A stretch of 64,000 bases of DNA from Candidatus Omnitrophota bacterium (GCA_041650795.1 JBAZKK010000002.1:10731-74730); one strand, 5' to 3'; numbered from the stretch's first letter, positions 25,149 to 34,173 are shown. Notes: a model not told the origin generated them from the letters alone. Numbers and translations: made by a program.

Positions 25149-26224
25149 GAATAATCTATCTTGCCAACCATCTCAATATCGGAGGCATTACCAGCTATGT
25201 CTTTTCCCTGGCCTCCGGCATGAAAGAGAGGGGACACGGCGTTTATGTCGCTTCCGGAGGAGGCAGGATGGAGGATGATTTCAGGCGCGAAGGTATTGTC
25301 TGCGTCAGGGCGCCGCTTGAGACCAAATCCGAAGTAAGTCCGCGCCTGGCAGTGAGTTTTTTTAGGCTGTTGCCGTATATCAAAAAAAACAGGATTGACG
25401 TCATCCATTGCAATACCAGGGTAACGCAGGTGTTAGGGTGTCTCCTGGAGCGCGCCAGCGGCATAGCGCATATTTCCACCTGCCACGGATTTTTCAAAAG
25501 GAGGGTTTCGCGCCTGCTTTTTCCCTGCTGGGGCAGGAAGGTTATCGCTGTCAGCGAGGCGGTGCGTGAGCACCTGATCGGGGATTTTGGGATTAACCCC
25601 TCGGATATCGTCGTAATCCATAACGGTATTGATACGGAGAGGTTTGCGGTTAGAATTAAAAAAGATTTAGACTTAGGAGAGGGGCCGGTGGTCGGCATTA
25701 TCGCGCGGCTTTCCGATGTAAAAGGGCATGCCTATCTTATCCGGGCGATGCATGAGGTTACGGCGAGATTCCCATCGGTCAAGCTTTTAATTGTTGGCGA
25801 CGGTAAAATAAAAAATGAGCTTCTGAGGTTGACTAATGAGCTGGGCCTGGGTAAGAACGTCTCTTTCCTGCCGGCCGCAGTTGACACGCGGGAAGCGTTA
25901 TCGGCGATGGACGTATTTGTTTTGCCTTCTCTGGCAGAGGGGTTGGGTTTGAGCCTGATGGAGGCGATGGCAGCAGGACTGGCGGTAATTGGCTCCGATA
26001 TCGGAGGTATTAGGAGCCTGATTCAGAATGGCCATAACGGCATCCTGGTTGAAAGCCGCAATGTAGACGCATTGAGCCGGGAGATTTCAGCTTTATTGCA
26101 GGATAAACAGAGGAGACAGCGGCTGGGAGATAACGCCGCAAGATTCATCAGGGAGAATTTTTCTCTCTCCCGGATGACTGAAAAGACGGAAGAGGTCTAT
26201 AAAATATGCTTTGGCGCAGGTTAA
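25145..26224 (+). CDS. GT4 family glycosyltransferase
   Basis: MRIIYLANHLNIGGITSYV and LPSLAEGLGLSLMEAMAAGLAVIGSDIGG. ATGA overlap with the upstream gene; the ORF-track start at 25073 is rejected. Confidence 0.8.
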   Translation: MRIIYLANHLNIGGITSYVFSLASGMKERGHGVYVASGGGRMEDDFRREGIVCVRAPLETKSEVSPRLAVSFFRLLPYIKKNRIDVIHCNTRVTQVLGCLLERASGIAHISTCHGFFKRRVSRLLFPCWGRKVIAVSEAVREHLIGDFGINPSDIVVIHNGIDTERFAVRIKKDLDLGEGPVVGIIARLSDVKGHAYLIRAMHEVTARFPSVKLLIVGDGKIKNELLRLTNELGLGKNVSFLPAAVDTREALSAMDVFVLPSLAEGLGLSLMEAMAAGLAVIGSDIGGIRSLIQNGHNGILVESRNVDALSREISALLQDKQRRQRLGDNAARFIRENFSLSRMTEKTEEVYKICFGAG

Positions 26225-27015
26225 CAATCATTGTTTTGGTAATTATCTTGATTCTCGGAGGTGGCGTATATCTTTGGTTTAATAAGCTGATGCAGGAACA
26301 TTACGTGGTGCCGATACTGATGTATCATTCCATAAGCCCCAAGATTGACGAACGCATCAAGCGGCTGATAGTAAGCCCCCGCTCCTTTGAGCGCCAGATG
26401 CGTTTTTTAAAGAAATATAACTATAATGTAATACCTCTGGAATCCCTGGCTGAATTAATCCGCGATAAAAAACCCATACCGCCGAAAACCGTTGCCATTA
26501 CGTTTGACGACGGCTATAGGGATTTTTACACCTATGCCTTCTCCGCGCTTGAGAAATATGGGCTCCCCGCCACGATGTTTATCATTGTGGATGAGGTTGG
26601 CCGGCCGCAAGGGGACAGGCTCGGCTGGCAGGAGATCCTCCGGATGCAGGGGTCAGGACTGATTACCTTTGGCAGTCATACCATGGGACCGGAGCCCCTG
26701 ATAAAGATTAAATCCCCGGCAGAGCTGAAAAGGCAGATATTTTTATCCAAAAAGATACTAGAGGAAAAACTGGGGCAGCCGGTAAGGGCGTTTAGTTATC
26801 CCGAAGGGATGTTTAACCCCTTTATCCGTCAGATGGTTATTGATGCCGGCTATAAGCTCGCGGTATCTACCCATCCCGGCAGGGGGTATCCCGATGACGA
26901 TGTCTTCGCCCTGAAACGGCTTAGGATATCTTACAGCTCCGACAATCTTTTGGTGTTTTGGTTTGAGACGTCCGGCGTATATAACTTTATTCGCGAGTGT
27001 GACAAAGACAACTAA
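26206..27015 (+). CDS. Polysaccharide deacetylase (CE4) with N-terminal membrane anchor
   Basis: TM segment LTIIVLVIILILGGGVYLWF, followed by NodB-type motifs ITFDDGYRDFY and FGSHT. Confidence 0.8.
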   Translation: MLWRRLTIIVLVIILILGGGVYLWFNKLMQEHYVVPILMYHSISPKIDERIKRLIVSPRSFERQMRFLKKYNYNVIPLESLAELIRDKKPIPPKTVAITFDDGYRDFYTYAFSALEKYGLPATMFIIVDEVGRPQGDRLGWQEILRMQGSGLITFGSHTMGPEPLIKIKSPAELKRQIFLSKKILEEKLGQPVRAFSYPEGMFNPFIRQMVIDAGYKLAVSTHPGRGYPDDDVFALKRLRISYSSDNLLVFWFETSGVYNFIRECDKDN

Positions 27016-27024
27016 AAGCCAAAA

Positions 27025-28050
27025 ATGCCCAAGCGCATACTTATTTTTAACGTAAACTGGCTGGGTGACGTGCTTTTTTCTACCGCCGTAATACGCAACC
27101 TGCGGCGCAATTTCAGGGAGAGTTATCTGGCCTGCATAATCCCCAGCCGCTGTTATGCCGTCTTGAAGGATAACCCTTACCTGGACGAAATCATTATTTA
27201 CGACGAAAAGGACAGGCACAGAGGGGTTTTGGCAAAGCTGAGCTTTATCGGTTACTTAAAAAGCAAAAGGTTTGACACCGCTTTTCTGCTGCACCGTTCC
27301 GCCAGCAGGGCCTTGATCTGCTGGATGGCCGGGATACCCGAGCGCATAGGTTATTACACCCCAAAGCGCGGCTTCCTCCTTACCAAGAAGATTGCCCCCA
27401 TACCTCAGGATAGCCTTCACCGCATCGATTATTATCTCAACATCATAGAAAAAGCAGGCGTGAGGGTCGAGGACAGGTTCAGCGATTTTTTTGTCAGTGA
27501 CAATGACCGCGAGGCCGCCGTACGTTTCCTGCAGGATAACGGTATAAACAACGGCGATTTCCTGGTGGGGATAAATCCCGGAGGCAACTGGATGCCTAAG
27601 CGTTGGCCAAAGGAGTATTGGGCTCGCCTGGCTGATATGCTGATTGAAAAGCTCGATGCTAGGGTTGTTATCACCGGCAGCCCCTCTGATATTGCTCTTG
27701 CCGGTGATATCCGGCTTTTGATGAAGGAGAGGCCGTTGGTTGCCTGCGGTAACACCAATCTTAAGCAATTTGCCGCCCTGGCTATAAGGATGGACCTGTT
27801 TATCTCAGCCGACAGCGGGCCGCTGCACATTGCCAATGCCGCGGGATGCAAAAATATCATTGCCATCTTCGGCCCCACGTCCCTTAAGGTCACCTCGCCG
27901 TATCCATTAAAGAACGTAAGGATAATGCAGAAGGAGATTGGTTGCGTTATCCCCTGTTATAGCAATGATTGCCGGGAGAACCGCTGCATGCTTGCGGTTA
28001 TCCCCGATGACGTTTTCCGGCAGGCCTCCGAGATTAAAGGCAAGACATGA
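27025..28050 (+). CDS. GT9 family glycosyltransferase (LPS heptosyltransferase-like)
   Basis: ILIFNVNWLGDVLFSTAVIRNLR, GINPGGNW..KRWP, SADSGPLHIANAAG and terminal CVIPCYSNDCRENRC. Confidence 0.8.
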   Translation: MPKRILIFNVNWLGDVLFSTAVIRNLRRNFRESYLACIIPSRCYAVLKDNPYLDEIIIYDEKDRHRGVLAKLSFIGYLKSKRFDTAFLLHRSASRALICWMAGIPERIGYYTPKRGFLLTKKIAPIPQDSLHRIDYYLNIIEKAGVRVEDRFSDFFVSDNDREAAVRFLQDNGINNGDFLVGINPGGNWMPKRWPKEYWARLADMLIEKLDARVVITGSPSDIALAGDIRLLMKERPLVACGNTNLKQFAALAIRMDLFISADSGPLHIANAAGCKNIIAIFGPTSLKVTSPYPLKNVRIMQKEIGCVIPCYSNDCRENRCMLAVIPDDVFRQASEIKGKT

Positions 28051-30107
28051 AGATTTTATTTATTACCTTAAGCAATATCGGAGACGCCATCTTTACCTTA
28101 CCGGTGTTGGATGTCCTGCGCGGCAATTTAGCTTCACCGCGCATAACAGTAGTGGCTAGCGGTTGCACCAGAGAGATATTCCAGGATAGCCCTGGAGTCG
28201 AAAGCGTGGTAGTTTACGACAAGCATGCTCCCCTGAAAGAGAAGATCGCGCTTTTAAGGAGACTGCGGAGGGAGAGGTTTGAGGTGGTAGTGGACCTGCG
28301 CAACAGTCTTACGGGGGTTTTAATCCCGGCCAGGCAGAAGACCTCGCCTTTTCTGCATCCGCCGGCCGCAATAAAGCACATGAAGGAAAGGCACCTTTAT
28401 AAAATCCGCCGTATTATTGGCAAATTAAAAAACAGCAATGCCGCCAACTGCGAAAGGGCATTAGCAGGGAGGCCGGAGGACGAGGCATATATCAATAGGC
28501 TCTTGGCCAGCCGAGGCATTACTTCTAAGGATGCCATTGCCATTATCGGCGCAGGAACCAGGAGCAATACCAAGAGGTGGCCGGGCGATAAATTCCTGGA
28601 GCTTGCCGTAGAGCTTATCAGGGAGTTGCATCTGGCGGTTATCCTTACCGGAGATAAGGAGGACGTCCCGGCCAACAGTTATATCAGCCGGCGCATCGGA
28701 GACGGCATCCTTGACCTTTCCGGAATGACTACCATACCGCAGCTGGCATGCCTTATTAATAAAGCAAGGGTCGTTGTCACTAACGACAGCGCCCTGCTGT
28801 ATCTGGCAAGCTATCTTAATGCGCCTGTGGTTGCCGTATTCGGGCCTACCGATGAGAATAAATACGGTCCCTGGTCGCAGAATAGCGCGGTAGTAAAGAA
28901 AGACATCTTCTGTCGTCCATGCGAGAAGGCGCAGTGCCGTTTTTCTTCTCTCAAATGCCTGCAGATTATAACCGTAGAGGATGTTATGCGGCAGGTAAAG
29001 AGGATTCTTAATCCACAGGATAAAACGGTAGTATTGCGTCCCTATGTTGCGGTTCCCGATAGGGATTTCCAGCGTATCTTGGTGGTGCGCACGGACAGGA
29101 TAGGGGACGTGCTCCTTTCTACCCCGGTTATCAAGGCGCTGAGGGATAATTACCCACATGCCTACATCGCGATGATGGTTTCCCCGTATGCCAAGGATGT
29201 GGTGGAAGGCAACCCCTACCTTGACGAGGTGATTATCTACGACAAGGAAGCCAAGCATAAGGGCTGGCGCCGCAGTTTTAAATTCGCCAGGAACCTTAGG
29301 AAGAGAAGGTTTGATCTAGCATTGATACTGCATCCTACCAACCGGGTGCATCTGGTGTCTTTTATTGCCGGGATACCCATGCGCGTAGGCTATGACCGTA
29401 AATTAGGATTCCTTCTCAGCGATAAGCTCAAGCACCTCAAGCAACTGGGCCAGAAGCACGAGTTGGAGTATAACCTTGACCTTTTGCGTTACCTGGGAAT
29501 CGAGGCAGAGGATAAAAAAACATTTATGCCTATCATGGCGGAGTCGGAACGTTGGGTTGAGAGCAAATTAGCGGAAGAAGGGGTAGGGGCAGACGATAAA
29601 CTTCTGGCTTTGCATCCAGGCGCCAGCTGTCCTTCCAAGACCTGGCCTTCAGGAAGATTCGCAGAGGTCGCGGATAAATTATCGCTTAAGCATGGTTTCA
29701 AGGTTATCATCCTTGCCGGTCCTAAGGATAAGGTTTTGGCCGGAAGGCTTGCAGCTCAGATGCGCACGAAAGCCCTCAACCTGGCAGGGAAGACTTCGGT
29801 CAGCCAGCTGGCGAGTATCATCAGGCGCTGCAGGCTTTTTATTTCCAATGATTCCGGTCCGGTACATATTGCTTCGGCAGTAGGCACTCCGGTAATATCG
29901 ATATTCGGCCGTTCGCAGGATGGTTTGAGCCCGAGGCGCTGGGGGCCATTGGGGTTAAAAGATAGAATCCTGCACAGGAAGGTTGGCTGTATTGAATGCC
30001 TGGCACATAATTGCAGGAAAGACTTAGCTTGCCTTAAGGCAATCGGCGTAAATGACGTGTTGGCTGCCGCAGATTCTATTCTTAAAGAAGAAAGGGCAAA
30101 TAAATAA
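28047..30107 (+). CDS. Tandem double GT9 (heptosyltransferase-like) protein
   Basis: Module 1: MKILFITLSNIGDAIFTLPVLDVLR...TNDSALLYLASYL...CRPCEKAQC. Module 2 from about nt 29065: ILVVRTDRIGDVLLSTPVIKALR...SNDSGPVHIASAVGTP...CIECLAHNC. Confidence 0.8.
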   Translation: MKILFITLSNIGDAIFTLPVLDVLRGNLASPRITVVASGCTREIFQDSPGVESVVVYDKHAPLKEKIALLRRLRRERFEVVVDLRNSLTGVLIPARQKTSPFLHPPAAIKHMKERHLYKIRRIIGKLKNSNAANCERALAGRPEDEAYINRLLASRGITSKDAIAIIGAGTRSNTKRWPGDKFLELAVELIRELHLAVILTGDKEDVPANSYISRRIGDGILDLSGMTTIPQLACLINKARVVVTNDSALLYLASYLNAPVVAVFGPTDENKYGPWSQNSAVVKKDIFCRPCEKAQCRFSSLKCLQIITVEDVMRQVKRILNPQDKTVVLRPYVAVPDRDFQRILVVRTDRIGDVLLSTPVIKALRDNYPHAYIAMMVSPYAKDVVEGNPYLDEVIIYDKEAKHKGWRRSFKFARNLRKRRFDLALILHPTNRVHLVSFIAGIPMRVGYDRKLGFLLSDKLKHLKQLGQKHELEYNLDLLRYLGIEAEDKKTFMPIMAESERWVESKLAEEGVGADDKLLALHPGASCPSKTWPSGRFAEVADKLSLKHGFKVIILAGPKDKVLAGRLAAQMRTKALNLAGKTSVSQLASIIRRCRLFISNDSGPVHIASAVGTPVISIFGRSQDGLSPRRWGPLGLKDRILHRKVGCIECLAHNCRKDLACLKAIGVNDVLAAADSILKEERANK

Positions 30108-30110
30108 ATT

Positions 30111-30530
30111 ATGCCGGAATCCGGAGTAGGCCTTAAAAAAGAAAAGATGCTGCATGATAGGATGCGCGAGCTTGGGGTGAGGGAAGAGGATATTGTCGAA
30201 AAATTCAGCCGTTCCCAAGGGCCGGGTGGGCAGAACGTTAATAAGACCTCTACTTCCGTGTGGCTTAAGCATGTCCCTACCGGTATACAGGTAAAGTGCC
30301 AGCAGGAACGTTCCCAGGCGCTCAACCGTTATATAGGGCGCAGGACCCTTTTGAATAAGATTGAAAATATGATATTAGGGAGATTTTCCGAAGAGAGGAG
30401 GCGCATCGAGAAGATCCGCAGGCAGAAGCGCCGGCGTTCCCGCAGGGCGAAGATAAAAATCCTGGAGGCCAAGCGCCGCCAGGCAGAAAAGAAGGTCTTT
30501 CGGCAGAAGGTGCTAGGCCCTGATTATTAG
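30111..30530 (+). CDS. arfB: GGQ-domain peptidyl-tRNA hydrolase, ArfB/ICT1-like ribosome rescue factor
   Basis: SQGPGGQNVNKTSTSV GGQ motif, about 139 aa, with a strongly basic C-terminal tail RRRIEKIRRQKRRRSRRAKIK. Confidence 0.7.
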   Translation: MPESGVGLKKEKMLHDRMRELGVREEDIVEKFSRSQGPGGQNVNKTSTSVWLKHVPTGIQVKCQQERSQALNRYIGRRTLLNKIENMILGRFSEERRRIEKIRRQKRRRSRRAKIKILEAKRRQAEKKVFRQKVLGPDY

Positions 30531-30586
30531 AAACACTTTCCCGTTCAGGTTGGAAGGTGTTTCCCGATTGCCTCGGAAAGTGTTTC
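30530..30586. repeat. Repeat family 2 element: three copies of a 12-nt arm able to form alternative hairpins
   Basis: GAAACACTTTCC (30530-30541), GGAAGGTGTTTC (30552-30563) and GGAAAGTGTTTC (30575-30586). The first arm is complementary to both later arms. A U-rich TGTTT follows. Confidence 0.7.
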
Positions 30587-30607
30587 TGTTTAGGGAGGTT
30601 AAAAAGG

Positions 30608-30635
30608 TTGATTTAGCGGTATTTTATGATAAAAT
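30608..30635 (+). promoter_or_regulatory. Putative sigma70 promoter of the DHS-like / heptose kinase / kds / lpt operon
   Basis: -35 TTGATT (30608-30613), 16-nt spacer, extended -10 TGATAAAAT (TAAAAT at 30630-30635). The ATG at 30647 follows about 11 nt after the -10 with no Shine-Dalgarno sequence. Confidence 0.5.
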
Positions 30636-30646
30636 TATAGCCTCGT

Positions 30647-31576
30647 ATGCTTAATATAAATAAGGTAAAGAGATATTCCATAAGAAAAAGGTATAGCAAG
30701 GTGGATAAGAGCAGTTTTGCCCATCCTCCTGCCAAGGGCAGGAGTTTTCTCGGGTTTTATCGTTGCCTTCCGCGGATCCTAAAGGCCCGTGATTTGCATG
30801 ATGTGGTGGATGCGCTGGTAAAAGCCAAGCGTTCCAATAAAGGCGTAATATTTATGGCCGGCGCGCACGTGATTAAATGCGGCTTAAATCCGGTGCTGAT
30901 TGAGTTAATCAAGAAAGGCGTCGTTACCTGTCTTTGCCTTAACGGCGCAGGCATGATTCATGACTTTGAGATTGCCTTCCAGGGAAAGACCTCGGAGGAC
31001 GTAGCCAGCAACCTCAAAACCGGCAGGTTCGGGATGGGCCGCGAAACAGCCGATTTTATCAACGGCGCAGCTAAAGAAGGGGTAGCAGCCGGCTTAGGGC
31101 TGGGAGCTTCCCTGGGTTCTAAGATATCATTTTCCAAATTGCCTTACCGCCAAAACAGCGTCATCTCTCAGGCGTATAAACATAAAGTCCCGGTGTGTGT
31201 CTTTATAGCAATCGGCACCGATATCATCCATCAGCATCCTTCGTTCGATCCCGCCCTGACCGCAGAAGGAAGCTTCAGGGATTTTCATCTTTTAGCAGAA
31301 GAGGTATCCGGACTTAACAGCGGGGGCGTGGTTTTAAATTTCGGCTCCGCCGTAATATTGCCGGAGGTATTCCTTAAGGCATTGAACCTGGCGCGTAATC
31401 TGGGGATGAAGGTACGTAATTTTACGAGCGCAAATTTCGATATGAGTTACCATTACCGCCCGCATCAGAACGTAGTATCAAGACCGGTTTCCTCCGGAGG
31501 GAAAGGTTATTATATCGTCGGCCACCACGAGATTATGCTGCCGCTTTTGGCACAGGCAGTGCTGGAAGAACTATGA
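30647..31576 (+). CDS. Hypothetical protein with deoxyhypusine-synthase-like (DHS-like NAD-binding fold) sequence pattern
   Basis: IFMAGAHVIKCGLNPVLIELIKKGVVTCLCLNGAGMIHDFE and AYKHKVPVCVFIAIGTDIIH resemble the two conserved DHS blocks. This is read by eye only. Confidence 0.4.
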   Translation: MLNINKVKRYSIRKRYSKVDKSSFAHPPAKGRSFLGFYRCLPRILKARDLHDVVDALVKAKRSNKGVIFMAGAHVIKCGLNPVLIELIKKGVVTCLCLNGAGMIHDFEIAFQGKTSEDVASNLKTGRFGMGRETADFINGAAKEGVAAGLGLGASLGSKISFSKLPYRQNSVISQAYKHKVPVCVFIAIGTDIIHQHPSFDPALTAEGSFRDFHLLAEEVSGLNSGGVVLNFGSAVILPEVFLKALNLARNLGMKVRNFTSANFDMSYHYRPHQNVVSRPVSSGGKGYYIVGHHEIMLPLLAQAVLEEL

Positions 31577-32598
31577 ATGCCAAGCGCCTAAAGGAAATCG
31601 TCTCTAGATTCCACCGGAGCAGGATACTGGTAATCGGGGATTTGATACTGGATGAATATATCTGGGGAGATGTGCAGAGGATTTCCCCCGAGGCCCCTGT
31701 CCCGGTGGTCTGGGCCAATAAGAGGACATTCGTGCCGGGCGGCTCCGCCAACGTCGCCAATAACATCTCTGCCCTGGACGGCAAGGTCTGGCTGCTGGGT
31801 GTCACGGGCAGCGATAAGAATTCCACTATCCTGCGCAGCGAATTAAAAAAAAGGGGTATAAATACCAAAGCGGTATTTACGGAGCCGAGGCGTCATACCA
31901 CGGTTAAGACCCGCATAGTGGCCGGCCACCAGCAGATGGTAAGGGTGGATTGGGAGCATACCGATTCCCTCCCCAGCGCCTTAAACCGCAAAATCGCATC
32001 ATTTATCAAGAACAATATCGGCGACTTTGACGCGGTGATTATCGAGGATTACGGAAAGGGAGTGATCAACGCCCATCTTTTACAGGAGCTGTCGGATATC
32101 TGCCTCCGCAATAAAAAAATTATTACCGTTGACCCCAAGGAGGAAAATTTCCAGTATTATCGCGGGGTTACCGCCATCACCCCCAACCGCAAAGAGTTGG
32201 AAAACGCCATCCGCGACCTTAAGGTCAGGGATACCACCAACACTTTCAGGGTGCATAATGACAAGCTCCTTAAGGATAGCGATATTGAGTTGGCAGCCCG
32301 CGAGATAATCAAGTATCTTTCGCTGGAATCTCTCCTGGTGACTCTCGGCGAGCATGGAATGCATCTTTTTGAAAAAGGGGGCCGTACCACGCGGATACCC
32401 ACCGTAGCCCAGGAGGTCTTCGATGTCTCTGGCGCAGGTGATACCGTCATTTCGTGTTTTACGTTGGCGCTTGCATCGGGAGCCTCGAAACTGGAGGCAG
32501 CCTTCATAGCTAATTTTGCCGCAGGCATAGTAGTAAGCAAACTCGGCACCGCAGTAACCGACAGAAGGGAATTACTGGCCAGGATACGGTCAGGTTAA
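31573..32598 (+). CDS. hldA: D-glycero-beta-D-manno-heptose-7-phosphate kinase (HldE domain I only, PfkB family)
   Basis: ILVIGDLILDEYIWGDVQRISPEAPVPVV closely parallels the HldE N-terminus. VFDVSGAGDTV is the PfkB motif. No adenylyltransferase domain is present. Confidence 0.8.
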   Translation: MNAKRLKEIVSRFHRSRILVIGDLILDEYIWGDVQRISPEAPVPVVWANKRTFVPGGSANVANNISALDGKVWLLGVTGSDKNSTILRSELKKRGINTKAVFTEPRRHTTVKTRIVAGHQQMVRVDWEHTDSLPSALNRKIASFIKNNIGDFDAVIIEDYGKGVINAHLLQELSDICLRNKKIITVDPKEENFQYYRGVTAITPNRKELENAIRDLKVRDTTNTFRVHNDKLLKDSDIELAAREIIKYLSLESLLVTLGEHGMHLFEKGGRTTRIPTVAQEVFDVSGAGDTVISCFTLALASGASKLEAAFIANFAAGIVVSKLGTAVTDRRELLARIRSG

Positions 32599-32609
32599 TT
32601 TTTAAGGCA

Positions 32610-33353
32610 ATGAATGTTATCGGAGTAATACCGGCAAGATATTCATCTACCAGGTTTAACGGTAAGGTCCTGGCGGACCTTTGCGGCAGGCCGCTCCTGC
32701 AGCACGTTTGGGAGCGGGCAAGGGGGGCCAGGCTTCTGGATGACCTCATAGTTGCCTGTGACGACGAGAGGGTTTTTCAGGCAGCCGGCGGCTTCGGGGC
32801 CAAGGCTGTGATGACTGCCAGGGCTCATGTCTCTGGCACGGACAGGATCTCGGAGGTAGTAAACCCCCTGGATGTCAGGATAGTAATCAATATCCAGGCG
32901 GATGAGCCGCTGATACATCCTACGATGATAGACGCTTTAGCCCAGACGCTCCTGGATGACAGCTCGCTTTCCATGGCTACCCTGATGCAGAAGATAGACG
33001 ATACCGCTCTGATTCGCGACCCGCATGCCGTTAAGGTGGTGGTGGATAAGAACGGATTCGCTTTATATTTTTCCCGTGCCCCCATCCCGTTCTGTGCTCC
33101 CAACTCGGAGGTCAGGGATCCAGCTTATTATAAGCATATCGGATTATACGGTTACACCAAGGATTTCCTTTTTGTTTATAAAAATCTCCCCGTCTCCAGG
33201 TTAGAAGAGATTGAGAGGCTTGAGCAGCTCAGGGTGCTCGAGGGGGGCTATCGCATAAAGGTTATCGAGACCAAACACGACACTATCGGGGTGGATACGC
33301 CCGAGGACCTTGAAAGGGTAAGGCAGTATCTGGAGAACAGGAAGGGGCAATGA
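32610..33353 (+). CDS. kdsB: 3-deoxy-manno-octulosonate cytidylyltransferase (CMP-Kdo synthetase)
   Basis: VIGVIPARYSSTRFNGKVLADLCGRPLLQHVWERA, INIQADEPL and YKHIGLYGY. Confidence 0.9.
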   Translation: MNVIGVIPARYSSTRFNGKVLADLCGRPLLQHVWERARGARLLDDLIVACDDERVFQAAGGFGAKAVMTARAHVSGTDRISEVVNPLDVRIVINIQADEPLIHPTMIDALAQTLLDDSSLSMATLMQKIDDTALIRDPHAVKVVVDKNGFALYFSRAPIPFCAPNSEVRDPAYYKHIGLYGYTKDFLFVYKNLPVSRLEEIERLEQLRVLEGGYRIKVIETKHDTIGVDTPEDLERVRQYLENRKGQ

Positions 33354-33354
33354 G

Positions 33355-34173
33355 ATGCGGACGGTAAAGATAGGCAATATCAGAATCGGCAGGGCGAGCC
33401 GCCTGGTTTTAATCGCCGGCCCCTGCGTATTGGAGTCGGAACGCATGGCAATAGAGGCGGCCCGCAAGATCAAGGACATCACCCACAGACTCAATATCCC
33501 CTATATTTTTAAATCCAGTTTTGATAAAGCCAACCGCCTCTCGGTAGATTCTTATCGCGGGCCGGGGATTAAAAAGGGGCTCGAGATGCTTGCCAAGGTA
33601 AAGGAGAAGGTAGGCGTCCCCATCCTAAGTGACATCCATTGCCAGAAGGAGATAAAGGAGGCGGCCGAGGTTTTGGATATTATTCAGATACCGGCTTTCC
33701 TCTGCCGTCAGACCGATATAGTGCTGGCAGCGGCGATGACCCAGAGGGTAATCAATATCAAGAAAGGGCAGTTCCTGGCGCCCTGGGATATTATGCCGAT
33801 TGTGCGTAAGATCGAGTCTACCGGAAACCGCAGGATAATCATTACCGAGCGCGGGGTATCCTTCGGTTACAATAACCTTGTTTCGGACTTCAGGGCCTTA
33901 AAGATTATCAGGGATTCCGGATATCCGGTTATCTACGATGCCACCCATAGCGTGCAGTTGCCGGGAGGCAAGGGCGATTGCTCCGGAGGTCAGCGTGAAT
34001 TCGTTGGTTCGCTTTCGCGCGCCGCAGTGGCTTTCGGCTGCGACGGGCTCTTTCTTGAGGTCCACCCCGACCCCGATAATGCCCCTTGTGACGGTCCGAA
34101 CATGATAGCGCTCTCAGACCTGGAGAAATTATTGAAACAGATCAAAAGGATAGAAGGTGTGTTATGGCGATAA
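33355..34173 (+). CDS. kdsA: 3-deoxy-8-phosphooctulonate synthase
   Basis: LIAGPCVLES, FKSSFDKANR, IQIPAFLCRQTD and YDATHSVQLPGG. Confidence 0.9.
   Translation: MRTVKIGNIRIGRASRLVLIAGPCVLESERMAIEAARKIKDITHRLNIPYIFKSSFDKANRLSVDSYRGPGIKKGLEMLAKVKEKVGVPILSDIHCQKEIKEAAEVLDIIQIPAFLCRQTDIVLAAAMTQRVINIKKGQFLAPWDIMPIVRKIESTGNRRIIITERGVSFGYNNLVSDFRALKIIRDSGYPVIYDATHSVQLPGGKGDCSGGQREFVGSLSRAAVAFGCDGLFLEVHPDPDNAPCDGPNMIALSDLEKLLKQIKRIEGVLWR

Noticed and set aside
28461-29258. Long antisense ORFs, for example 28461-29258 (265 aa), 10924-11574 (216 aa), 43876-44499 (207 aa), 17122-17718, 48571-49158 and 41079-41666, all on the minus strand
   Set aside because: Each lies entirely opposite a plus-strand gene with strong family motifs. 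Their translations are low-complexity or Arg/Pro/Gly-rich with no recognisable motif, and they have no ribosome-binding sites or promoters. This is the typical stop-codon-poor antisense frame of moderately GC-rich coding DNA.
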